This document shows, piece by piece, positions 42,876 to 52,069 of a stretch of DNA of 64,000 bases. The DNA is from Pelagomonas calceolata (taxonomy: Eukaryota): NCBI GenBank assembly GCA_918797485.1, contig CAKKNE010000001.1, positions 4,898,001 through 4,962,000 on the forward strand, written 5' to 3'. The stretch's first letter is position 1. Each line of letters begins with the position of its first letter. Both the position numbers and the translations under genes were made by a program. The notes under the pieces are model-generated. The model did no database searches. It had not been told where the DNA came from and saw only the letters and a program-made list of their open reading frames with translations.

Positions 42876-44344
42876 TTACCCACCCGACACGGTAGCAAGC
42901 CACGCCTCGACGGCCGCCCGGACCTTCGTAGGCAGCACCGCGCCCGGGTCCGTCCGCCGCTGCTTCGCAACAGCACATGCAGCACTAACGTCGCCCTTCG
43001 CAAGAATACCGCGCGCCGCGACCAATGCACCGATGTCGAGGAGCTTCTTGGTCAGGGCCTTCTTGCCGGACGCGCCTCGCAAATGCGCAGCGAGCGCCTG
43101 CTCGCGCTTCTTGGCCTTGGCCTTTGAAGTCAAATGGAAGGCCGACGACAGGATAGGATTTGTCGAGAGGGTCCCGACGGGCACGGCCCGGTACAGGAAG
43201 CGCGCGTCGATGTCCTTCGCGTCCTCGCGGTCGACGACGACGACCTGCGCAGCGTAGCGGCGTCAACGCGACCGCGACGACGGCGCGTCGTGGCGTAGTA
43301 GACCTCAGCACGCCCTCGCCGCGAAAACCACTCCGTCACTCTCGGGGGACCGAGACCGGCGGCACTCGCGTCAACCACCACGGTAAAAAAGAGCGAAGAA
43401 ACACGAGGACGCGGGAAAAGAACGTCGCGCGTGCGCACGCGCGCGTCGGCCTCCGTCGGCTGGTCTCCACTCAATTCAAGCACGCGCTCGGCCGCCATCT
43501 GGACCGTTAATTCAGACGCCTCGAAGGCTTCGGTGGCGAGCCCGCCCGACGACCGCGGCGCGATGATCAGCGTGGGAAAGCTGAAGGGCCGCTTCAGATC
43601 GTCACAGCGCCGCATCGCCTCCACTTGTAATTCTGATACTAAAGCGACCTCGTACGGCGTTAGTAATATGGACTTGTCGTCGCCGTCGGCATCCGCCCTC
43701 ACGACCGCCACGCCCACGACCTCCAGCCCGCACAATTGAGCAATTTCAAACACGTCGTCGTCCTTCACACCACACTGATAGGCAGTTTCGGCGAAGGTTG
43801 TCGCGTTCTCCTTCCGCACGCCCCGCCTTCCGATCAGCCACGCCGCGTGGGCGCCCCGCCCCGACAACTCCTCGACGCAGTCCTGGCTCAGCCGGCACAT
43901 GTCGCAGACTCTTTCAAAGGACTTGACGTAAAAGACGCCCTCCCGCTCCCGCAGCAGTTCCTTCCAGGTGTTCGCCCTTAAATTCTTCTGGCGCCGTTTC
44001 GCTCTCAAAGAAGACTTCTTCTGTAGTTCCGGGTAGGGGCTGAAGAAGGCCTCGGCCGCGGCCTCCTCGGGTTCTTCCTCTTTTTCCATGGGCCGCTCAT
44101 ACACCACAGCGCCATGTACCAAATCGTCGGCGGTGCACGCGCGCGTGCAGGCGTCATCACTGAAAAGCTCGTCGGCGTGCGCTCTCTCACAGAGTTCGTC
44201 GAGCGTCGCGGCGCCGTCGAACGCGACGCGCTTCACGGCGCCGTCGGACTTCTTGACGCGGAGTATCGTAGGCTTGCCGCTTTTTGGCGTAGTGGCGGCG
44301 GCGAGCGATGCCAGCGCGGCGACGGCGAGCTTCAGAAGCTGCAT
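42876..44344 (-). CDS. NPL4: Npl4-like protein with signal peptide (candidate SELMA sNpl4); exons 44344-43424 and 43244-42876
   Basis: Signal peptide MQLLKLAVAALASLAAA; UBL-like ILRVKKSDGAVKRV...LVHGAVVY; MPN-like CGLEVVG, LLTPYEV, EAFEASELTVQM; 179-nt intron joins RTRD|VVVVDREDAKDIDARFL. Confidence 0.7.
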
Positions 44345-44728
44345 GTTTGCAGCCCTTGTTTTGCTGCTGCTGCGGACGGCGCGCGATGCAAGTCAATACG
44401 GATAGCGAGAGCAGTCGAGACGGCTCTCACAGCGTTCAACGAGCTTCGTTTTTGCACGGCGGCAGCGTTTGGTGCTTGCAGACTTTGCAGAGCCCAGCCT
44501 GGGCAAGCTGGCTCTTTGGCTGAAAAGCAAGGCGAGCCTATAAAGGCATTGACCTGACGCTTAGACGTGCTCACTGTGTCACAGGAGAGCACTCCTCGAG
44601 GACTGCCGCTGCCTTGCGAAGACGCCCAGGAGAGCCATGCCACACAGCCCTTGCTGGCCCCTCACCGCTGGCAAGGCGCCCGGCCGCTAGAGCTTAGCTC
44701 CACATACGCGTCGCACGAAAGTAGCAGC

Positions 44729-45988
44729 ATGGACGACGCTGGCCTGCCGCCGCAAACCGAGGACGAATGCGTGGAAGTGGGGGGTTCGACCCTCGCCGCG
44801 CTGCTTCTCGAGCCCCTACACCAGCCGCAAGCCCATTCAGGACTCCTCTTCGGCGTCGTGAAACACGCCCCGGCGGCGATCGCGAGCCGTAATAGTATGG
44901 GCAGTTATAATGGAGAGGACGACGACGGCCCCACGAAAACGACCGTCGTCCTGAGCCACGCGCGCGGCACGGATCCCTCGCTCGCGACGTCAGTCGCACC
45001 GGAGGAGGCGAGGGTCGTCGGGCTGTGGGTCGCGCGACCCGCCGCGCCGCCCGTGCCCACTTTAAGAGATGTCGCGGCGGTCGAGAAGCTACGAGAGACG
45101 GCGCGGGACGCGATTTTGCTGGTCGTGACGTGCGAGGGCGCGAGCGCGCGGTACCGCTGCTTCGTCGGCGGCCATGCGGTGCGGCCGTGCCGCGTGCGCG
45201 TGCGGACGCTGACGCACGACTCGAGGCGGGAGTACGAGGCCTGCCCCGACGGCGTCTGCGGCGCGAGCTGGCCGGCGCTGCGGTCCGCAACTGCGGCGCC
45301 CTTCGACGCTTCGACGGCGACGGCGGCCTTCGCGCGCGACCGCGGTTTGTTGGACGGGCTGCTCGCCGACGGCGCGCGGCTCGGCGCCGAGGCGGACGCA
45401 CTCGAGCGCGAGAGCCGCGAACTGCGCGCGGCGCTGGCCGCGGCGCGCGCCGACGCAGCGGCCGATGCCCCCGCGATGTGCCTCGACGACCTTCGCGACG
45501 CGGCGAGCGCGGCGCTCGAGGCCGACGACGCGGCGCTGAGAGCGGCGCGCGCCGCCGCGGCCGACGACGACGCGGCCGCCGCGGAAAACGCCGAGATAGC
45601 GGCCACCGTTCCGCCGACGCCGCACAACTCGCTCACCGCGCTGGACGAAGCGGATGCGACGGACGGCGAGCGCACCGCGACGCCGGCCGACCTCTGTGCT
45701 CTCGATCCGGACGCGTTGGAACGCACCGCCTCGCCGGCCGACCTCACAGCTCTTGATGCGCCGCCGCCACCGCCCGCTGCCTTCATGCTGCCGCCACGAA
45801 CGGCCGCCGAGGCCGACGACGCAGAGCCTGCACGCGAGGACGTCGGCTCAGAGCCTGCACGCCCTGTTCCCGTAGCAACGGCCCCGCGCGTCGCGGAAGA
45901 CGTCGCCGCCCTCGCCCAGCTCCAGCGGGACATGGACTCGGACGACGACGCGGCGCCTGCACAAATCGCGGAGCCCCCCGGCAGGTAG
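44729..45988 (+). CDS. Abraxas/ABRO1 (FAM175)-like inactive MPN-domain protein with coiled coil
   Basis: VEVGGSTLAALL...SGLLFG...VVGLWVAR...PTLRD resembles the Abraxas N-terminal MPN- domain. Confidence 0.55.
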   Translation: MDDAGLPPQTEDECVEVGGSTLAALLLEPLHQPQAHSGLLFGVVKHAPAAIASRNSMGSYNGEDDDGPTKTTVVLSHARGTDPSLATSVAPEEARVVGLWVARPAAPPVPTLRDVAAVEKLRETARDAILLVVTCEGASARYRCFVGGHAVRPCRVRVRTLTHDSRREYEACPDGVCGASWPALRSATAAPFDASTATAAFARDRGLLDGLLADGARLGAEADALERESRELRAALAAARADAAADAPAMCLDDLRDAASAALEADDAALRAARAAAADDDAAAAENAEIAATVPPTPHNSLTALDEADATDGERTATPADLCALDPDALERTASPADLTALDAPPPPPAAFMLPPRTAAEADDAEPAREDVGSEPARPVPVATAPRVAEDVAALAQLQRDMDSDDDAAPAQIAEPPGR

Positions 45989-45999
45989 TTTTGTTAAGA

Positions 46000-46851
46000 T
46001 TAATTACCCAAGCTCTTCCCCTTCCACCGCACCTTCGGCGCGATGGCAGGCCGCTGGCGGTAGAACTCGTCGATGGCCTCGCGCGTCGCCCTGCTGTCGC
46101 GCAGCCACTGTTCAAAGACCGGCGCCAAATGAGCGAAGTCCGGCTGGCCGTAGCACCGTATCAAATTCTCGCGGTTCGGCGTCACCTTGAGCAACAGCTT
46201 GCCGACGCGGCGCTGCCACGCGAGGTTGTAGGGCGCGGTCGTTCTCAAGTAAGCCTTCGTGGCGGACTTGACGACGTCGGCGGCGTCCGTTTTTAGTAAT
46301 TCCTCGAAGGTCGCGGCGACCTGCTGGAGGATGCGGTTCAGCCAGAAGAGCGCCATCGTCGGGCCGTGGACGTGCGTGTAGTCCGGGTCGTCCAGCACGA
46401 CGGTCCCGACGTCGCGGACGCCGGGCCCCATGCCCGCCTTGCGCAGCTTGCGCACGTTGCCCGTGAGGTCCGCGCGCGCCGCCCGCGACAGCAGCGGCCC
46501 GTAGGAGTCGAAGGCCGGGATCAGGGCCTGCGAGGCCTGGAGGAGGAGCTCCGCGTCGACGCCGGTGAGCGGGCCGCGCCGCTTCGCGCCGCGAAACGCC
46601 TTCGCGCTGCGCAGGAGGGCCGCCGTCGCCTTGTTGTTCTTCCCGTAGATCGCCGCGCCGGGCGTGTTGAGGCCGCGCAGCAGCACTGTGATTATTGCGA
46701 CGCCCGCGATCACGAGGCCGCGGCGGCGCGGCGCGGTTTTGCCGGTTTTGCCGTTTTTGTGGCTACCGTTCGTCGCGCCGTTGCCGTGCTTTGCAGGCGA
46801 CCCGTTCGTGCGCCGCCGCAGCGCTGCCGCCGTCGGTGCGCCACCAGCCAT
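46000..46851 (-). CDS. Glycolipid transfer protein (GLTP) domain protein with N-terminal TM anchor
   Basis: ADLTGNVRKL, ALFWLNRIL, AYLRTTAPY, VTPNRE; TM LVIAGVAIITVLL. Confidence 0.75.
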   Translation of the reverse strand: MAGGAPTAAALRRRTNGSPAKHGNGATNGSHKNGKTGKTAPRRRGLVIAGVAIITVLLRGLNTPGAAIYGKNNKATAALLRSAKAFRGAKRRGPLTGVDAELLLQASQALIPAFDSYGPLLSRAARADLTGNVRKLRKAGMGPGVRDVGTVVLDDPDYTHVHGPTMALFWLNRILQQVAATFEELLKTDAADVVKSATKAYLRTTAPYNLAWQRRVGKLLLKVTPNRENLIRCYGQPDFAHLAPVFEQWLRDSRATREAIDEFYRQRPAIAPKVRWKGKSLGN

Positions 46852-47290
46852 GGTGCACAACTGCTGACGTTTCTTGTGCAGCGGTGCCAGCGCTTGCAAA
46901 CGAGAGCTAGATGCACAGTGCAGAGCACGTTTTGCAGTGCTATAGCACTTATGCTGCTCGTTTTAGCAGCGCACTTTTCAAGAGCATGCACTTTTGCTGG
47001 CGGATGGTCGATTGGTCAAAGTCCCTTGACAGAGCCTCGGATCATCTTCGGGACGCCTACAACGGGATAGATGCCGAAAGAAAAACAAGTGGGCACGCCT
47101 CTAGTATGTTTGCCCCTTCGACAAACAAGAGACGGACGCTGGACGAAGCGAGCTTGAGCGTCCGTCCTTTGGGGCCGAGACCTTTCACCCTCTGAGCGTA
47201 GCCTCTAGTCCCATCCTCAGCTCCGGCGCGGCCGCGGGAGGCTGCCTCCAGCTCGAAAAATCGATACTACCCAGACTGCTGCCCCGACTG

Positions 47291-47347
47291 GCGGAGAGCG
47301 CTACGACACGCGGAGAGCGCTACGACACGCGGAGAGCGCTACGACCC
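47291..47347 (+). repeat. 19-bp tandem repeat x3 immediately upstream of the ATG at 47351
   Basis: GCGGAGAGCGCTACGACAC repeated three times (last copy has one mismatch). Confidence 0.9.
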
Positions 47348-47350
47348 GCG

Positions 47351-48481
47351 ATGGACGTCCGCCCGCTCCTCGCGCAGCGCCGGGCGCCGCCAGCGCCCAA
47401 TCAGCACCTCTGGCGCGCGTTCGGCGCCGTCGCGCTGCTCCAATTCGTGACGCTGGCCGCGGTGCTCGCGTCGCGAACGGCTCCTGACGGCCGGAGGCAG
47501 CTGCTGGCCGACGAGCTCGAGCCGCCGTTCCGGAAAATACGCGAGGATATCGATCTCGGCGCCGACGAGCGGCGGCGGCTCAGCGGCGCGCTCTGGGGCC
47601 TCAAGACCGCGACGGCCGCCACCACGCTCACGAAGTTCATGGGTACCATGGTCCTCTGCGACACGTCGTCCGCGGCCATCACGGTGACGCTGCCGGCCGC
47701 GAGCGACATGTCCGAGCAGTCCGGCGCCTCGCTCCGCCACTACAAGTTCATCAACACGGGCAGCAACGACTGCACGGTCGCCCGCGCCGGGTCCGACACG
47801 ATCGTCACATCGACGCTGACCGCGACCTTTTCCGGCGGCGCGACGACGTCGACCTTCACGGGCACGGCCTTCACGCCCGCGGGGACGGTCTCGCAACCGA
47901 CCTTCACGGGAACGCAGTTCACGCCCGCCGGAACCATCTCAGCAATTACTCCCGCCGGCACCAACGACGCGCCGACGTTTACTGGTCAAGCGCACACCCC
48001 GACGTTCACCGGCGGTGCCATCACGAGTACGGTGACTCAGGGCACGATTACCACCGCCACGGTGTACACTGGGGCGGACGCCACGGCGACCACGACGGAC
48101 ACGGCGGTCGACGTCGTCACTGCGGTCGCGGCCAGCACCGTCGCGAGCGGGACCGCGAGCGGGACCATCTCGCAAATTACGCCGCAGGGAACCGTGGCCG
48201 CGCCGGTATTTAGTGGTACAGCGCACACCCCGACGTTCACGGGAACCGCGGTGACTCCAGGGGGGACGGTCTCGCAACCGACCTTCACGGGGACTCAGGT
48301 GACGCCCCAGGGCACGATTCAAACCGACACGCCCGGGGGCACGGTCGCGATCGTCAACGCCGCGACGGCGTCGACGGGCTTGACGGCGATCACGCTCAAG
48401 CCCGGGTCCTCGCTCGCGCTGGTGGGCGACGGCACGAGCGCCTGGTACCAGTACGGCGGGACGAGCATCGCCGTCGCGTAG
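47351..48481 (+). CDS. Membrane-anchored Thr/Gly-rich fibre-like protein, short paralog (8+8 modules)
   Basis: 376-aa ORF; single TM; RRQLL and RRRLS motifs; phage-fibre-like domain VLCDTSSAAITVTLPAAS...GSDTI // ITLKPGSSLALVGDGTSAWY split by FTG/PxG repeats. Confidence 0.85.
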   Translation: MDVRPLLAQRRAPPAPNQHLWRAFGAVALLQFVTLAAVLASRTAPDGRRQLLADELEPPFRKIREDIDLGADERRRLSGALWGLKTATAATTLTKFMGTMVLCDTSSAAITVTLPAASDMSEQSGASLRHYKFINTGSNDCTVARAGSDTIVTSTLTATFSGGATTSTFTGTAFTPAGTVSQPTFTGTQFTPAGTISAITPAGTNDAPTFTGQAHTPTFTGGAITSTVTQGTITTATVYTGADATATTTDTAVDVVTAVAASTVASGTASGTISQITPQGTVAAPVFSGTAHTPTFTGTAVTPGGTVSQPTFTGTQVTPQGTIQTDTPGGTVAIVNAATASTGLTAITLKPGSSLALVGDGTSAWYQYGGTSIAVA

Positions 48482-48783
48482 CAAGAGGTACTATACTTAT
48501 ATAGGGTAAGTACCTTGCGCGTAGGACCCCGCGTAACCCGAACGAAAATCAGGTGTACCTATCTCGTGGCGAGCGCTCGCAGGCCTCCCGACGACGGGTA
48601 GTCATCCAAAATGACGGCGCGAAGCCAGCGCCCAAGCACGAAGCCTGCGGTCCGGCGGAGGAGCGCTTTTGTGAGGGCTGCCGGTCGAGCAACGCTGCCC
48701 CACGCAGCCGCGATGGACCCGTGACACACCCATCATGGCGACCGACGCCAGGCATTGCCAGTGAGCGCCAGGCATTGACACCG

Positions 48784-50991
48784 ATGAAGGTAGCTTGCTC
48801 ACCCGAGGCCTGGCCCCCCAGGCGCCCCCCGGCGCCGTCGACGACGAGAAAGGTCTGCTCGCCCGTGGAGACCTGGCCCCTCCGGCGGCCCCCGGCGTCG
48901 CCCGAGGAGACCTGGCCCCTCCGGCGGCCCCCGGCGCCGCCGGCGCCCAACCGGCGCGTCTGGGGGGCCATCGGGGCCATCGTGCTGCTCCAGACGGCCA
49001 CGATCGCGGCGGTGCTCGCGCCGCGCCCCGAGACCGACGCCCGGCGGCGGCTGCTCGACGAGGAGATGATCGAGCCGCCGTTGCTCAAGGTCCGCGAGGA
49101 CCACGACCTCGGCGAGGTCGACGAGCGGCGACGGCTCAGCGGCGCGCTCTGGGGCCTCAAGACGGTGACGACCGCCACGACGCTCACGAAGTTCATGGGC
49201 ACGATGGTCCTCTGCGACACGTCGTCCGCGGCCATCACGGTGACGCTGCCGGCCGCGAGCGACATGGCCGAGCAGTCCGGCGCCTCGCTCCGCCACTACA
49301 AGTTCATCAACACGGGCAGCAACGACTGCACGATCGCCCGCGCCGGGTCCGACACGATCGTTACTTCTACCCTGACCGCGACCTTTACCGGCGGCGCGAC
49401 GACGTCTACCTTCACAGGAACGCAGTTTACGGCTACCTTCACCGGCGACCAGTTCACGCCCGTCTTTACGGGAACAGATTATACGCCAGCAGGGACCGTC
49501 TCCGTACCGACCTTCACGGGAACGCAGACGGCCCCGGCGGGCACAATCGGTGCGATTACACCAGCCGGCACAGTCTCGCAGCCCACGTTTACCGGCGACG
49601 CTTACACGCCTGAAGGCACCAACAATGCGCCAGCGTTCACGGGGACGCAGTACACGCCCACCGGAACCATATCGGCAATTACGCCAGCTGGAACCGTGGC
49701 CGCGCCGGTATTTAGTGGTACAGCTCACACCCCAACGTTCACGGGTGATGCAGTAACCCCAGCGGGAAGCGTGGCCGCGCCGGTATTTAGTGGTACAGCA
49801 CACACCCCAACGTTCACGGGTGATGCAGTAACCCCAGCGGGAGACGTGGCCGCGCCGGTATTTAGCGGTACAGCTCACACCCCAACGTTCACGGGTGATG
49901 CAGTAACCCCAGCGGGAAGCGTGGCCGCGCCGGTATTTAGTGGTACAGCTCACACCCCAACGTTCACTGGCGATGCAGTAACCCCAGCGGGAAGCGTGGC
50001 CGCGCCGGTATTTAGTGGTACAGCTCACACCCCAACGTTCAGTGGCGATGCAATCACAAGTACGGTGACTCAGGGCGCGATTACCACGGCCACCGTGTAC
50101 ACTGGGGCGGACGGCACGGCGACCACGACGGACACGGCGGTCGACGTCGTCACGGGGGTCGCGGTAAGCACTGTCGCGAGCGGGACCGCGAGCGGGACCA
50201 TCTCGCAAATTACTCCCGCTGGCACCAACGATGCGCCGGCGTTCTCGGGGACGCAGTTCACGCCCGCCGGTACCATCTCGCAAATTACTCCCGCTGGCAC
50301 CAACGATGCGCCGGCGTTCACGGGGACGCAGTTCACGCCCACCGGAAGCATCTCGGCGATTACTCCCGCTGGCACCAACAATGCGCCAGCGTTCACGGGG
50401 ACGCAGTTCACGCCCACCGGAAGCATCTCAGCAATTACTCCCGCTGGCACCAACGATGCGCCGGCATTTACTGGTACGCAGTTCACGCCCGCCGGAACCA
50501 TCTCGGCAATTACTCCCGCTGGCACCAACGACGCGCCGGCATTTACTGGTACGGCTCACACCCCGACGTTCACGGGTGATGCAGACACCCCAGAGGGAAG
50601 CGTGGCCGCGCCGGTATTTACTGGCACGGCGAAGGCGCCCGCCGGCACGGTCAGCCAGCCGACCTTTACCGGAGACGCGTTTACTGCGACATTTACTGGG
50701 ACGGACTACACCCCCGCCGGGACGATCAGCCAGCCGACCTTCACGGGCACCCAGACGGCGCCCGCCGGCACGATCGCCGCGATCACGCCCACGGGGACCA
50801 TCTCCGCGGTGACGCCCGCCGGCACGATTCAAACGGACAACCCCGGGGGGACGATCGCGATCGTCAACGCCGCGACGGCGTCGACGGGCTTGACGGCGAT
50901 CACGCTCAAGCCCGGGTCCTCGCTCGCGCTCGTCGGCGACGGCACGAGCGCCTGGTACCAGTACGGCGGGACGAGCATCGCCGTCGCGTAA
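48784..50991 (+). CDS. Membrane-anchored Thr/Gly-rich fibre-like protein, long paralog (27+27 modules)
   Basis: First in-frame ATG at 48784; same architecture and near-identical flanking domain as 47351-48481. Confidence 0.85.
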   Translation: MKVACSPEAWPPRRPPAPSTTRKVCSPVETWPLRRPPASPEETWPLRRPPAPPAPNRRVWGAIGAIVLLQTATIAAVLAPRPETDARRRLLDEEMIEPPLLKVREDHDLGEVDERRRLSGALWGLKTVTTATTLTKFMGTMVLCDTSSAAITVTLPAASDMAEQSGASLRHYKFINTGSNDCTIARAGSDTIVTSTLTATFTGGATTSTFTGTQFTATFTGDQFTPVFTGTDYTPAGTVSVPTFTGTQTAPAGTIGAITPAGTVSQPTFTGDAYTPEGTNNAPAFTGTQYTPTGTISAITPAGTVAAPVFSGTAHTPTFTGDAVTPAGSVAAPVFSGTAHTPTFTGDAVTPAGDVAAPVFSGTAHTPTFTGDAVTPAGSVAAPVFSGTAHTPTFTGDAVTPAGSVAAPVFSGTAHTPTFSGDAITSTVTQGAITTATVYTGADGTATTTDTAVDVVTGVAVSTVASGTASGTISQITPAGTNDAPAFSGTQFTPAGTISQITPAGTNDAPAFTGTQFTPTGSISAITPAGTNNAPAFTGTQFTPTGSISAITPAGTNDAPAFTGTQFTPAGTISAITPAGTNDAPAFTGTAHTPTFTGDADTPEGSVAAPVFTGTAKAPAGTVSQPTFTGDAFTATFTGTDYTPAGTISQPTFTGTQTAPAGTIAAITPTGTISAVTPAGTIQTDNPGGTIAIVNAATASTGLTAITLKPGSSLALVGDGTSAWYQYGGTSIAVA
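49684..50058 (+). repeat. 75-bp coding tandem repeat x5 (PAGSVAAPVFSGTAHTPTFTGDAVT)
   Basis: Five near-identical DNA units visible directly. Confidence 0.9.
50194..50562 (+). repeat. 75-bp coding tandem repeat x5 (GTISAITPAGTNDAPAFTGTQFTPA)
   Basis: Five near-identical DNA units; different sequence from the first array but same unit length and copy number. Confidence 0.9.
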
Positions 50992-51001
50992 GAAACTTGA
51001 A

Positions 51002-52069
51002 CTACTTCTTCTTCTTACCCTTCCCCTTTTTACCTTTCTTTCCTTTCTTGCCCTTCTTCTTCTTGCCCGACCGCGCGCGCCGCCCGCGGAACTGCGCCTG
51101 GATCCGCGCGATGCCCCGCTCCATGCGCGCGCGCTTCTCGTCCGCCTCGCGGTTCGCCTCCTTGATGAGGCGCTCCTCCTCGGCCTCGATTGCTAAATCT
51201 TGGTCGATGACGGCGTAGTACTCGGCGAGCTCATTATACTCCTTGAGCTCCCGGTCGTACTTTTCCCGTAAGTCGTCGACCTCGCCCTGGATTTGGAACA
51301 TATTCACGTCGTACTTCTCGATCGTCGCCCTCAATTCCGCCTCGACCTTGTTCCGCCGCCGCCGCCACAACAACAACTCGTCGGCCTGCTCTTGGAGTTG
51401 CACCGCGAGCTTGGCCTCGGCCTCGGCGATCTTGACCTCGTTCTCCTTGACCGTCTCCACGTGAATCTCTTCGTATTCCTTGATCTTCTCGTCGGCCTCG
51501 CGGTCCCTCAACGCCTTCTCCGCTTGCGTGGCTTTCTCGTGCTTCTCGATCTCGGCGCTCAGCGCCGAGCAGATCGTCGCGGCCGTGGCGCTGTCCTCCT
51601 CGAAGCGTCGGCGAGCCCTACTCTGCTCGGCCTCGACCGCGGCCTTCGTCTCCGCGGCCTGCTGGCTCTTCATCCGTGCTCTACTCAAATCCTCCTCCTG
51701 CCGCCGCTGGTGCTGCACCGTCTCGCCGAGCCGTCGCCCCACGACCTCCTTCAGATCCAATAAAGCGTCCACGAAGGCCTTGGACTCGGACCGGTCGTGC
51801 GCCCCGTACCGCTGCAGGACCGCGAACGTCCGCGGGCTATCCCTTAAACACCGGCAGACCTCCCGCGCCGACTCTTGGAGTGCTGCCGCCTCGCCCTTCG
51901 CCTCGAGCTCCCAGTGCCGCGAGAAGACGTCGTAGGGCCCCGGCTCCAATTCGGCCAACACCGCCTCGTGCGCGCGCTCGGGCACGTACGACAAGAGCAT
52001 GATGCGCTCGATCGAATCATCCAGGATGCTCACGACGCGGTTGCGCTCGGAGTTCGTGATCTTGTGCAT
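51002..52069 (-). CDS. DRC10: Dynein regulatory complex subunit 10 (IQCD)
   Basis: KITNSERNRVVSILDDSIERIMLLSYVP, long coiled coil, RRRNKVEAELRATIEKYDVNM, IQ motif IQAQFRGRRAR, Lys/Gly tail. Confidence 0.85.
   Translation of the reverse strand: MHKITNSERNRVVSILDDSIERIMLLSYVPERAHEAVLAELEPGPYDVFSRHWELEAKGEAAALQESAREVCRCLRDSPRTFAVLQRYGAHDRSESKAFVDALLDLKEVVGRRLGETVQHQRRQEEDLSRARMKSQQAAETKAAVEAEQSRARRRFEEDSATAATICSALSAEIEKHEKATQAEKALRDREADEKIKEYEEIHVETVKENEVKIAEAEAKLAVQLQEQADELLLWRRRRNKVEAELRATIEKYDVNMFQIQGEVDDLREKYDRELKEYNELAEYYAVIDQDLAIEAEEERLIKEANREADEKRARMERGIARIQAQFRGRRARSGKKKKGKKGKKGKKGKGKKKK

Noticed and set aside
48553..48783. N-terminal extension of the long fibre ORF from a GTG start
   Set aside because: Eukaryotic locus; first in-frame ATG is 48784. 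Similar GTG/TTG extensions were trimmed for other genes.
49360..50870. DNA-level palindrome or inverted repeat as the cause of the arm symmetry
   Set aside because: The arms are not nucleotide reverse complements; the complementarity exists only between peptide modules.
47351..50991. Prophage or endogenous virus interpretation; ice-binding protein or mucin annotation
   Set aside because: No other viral genes or integration signatures, and flanks are ordinary host genes. The repeats lack a uniform TxT solenoid period and have regular Phe/Gly patterning unlike mucins.
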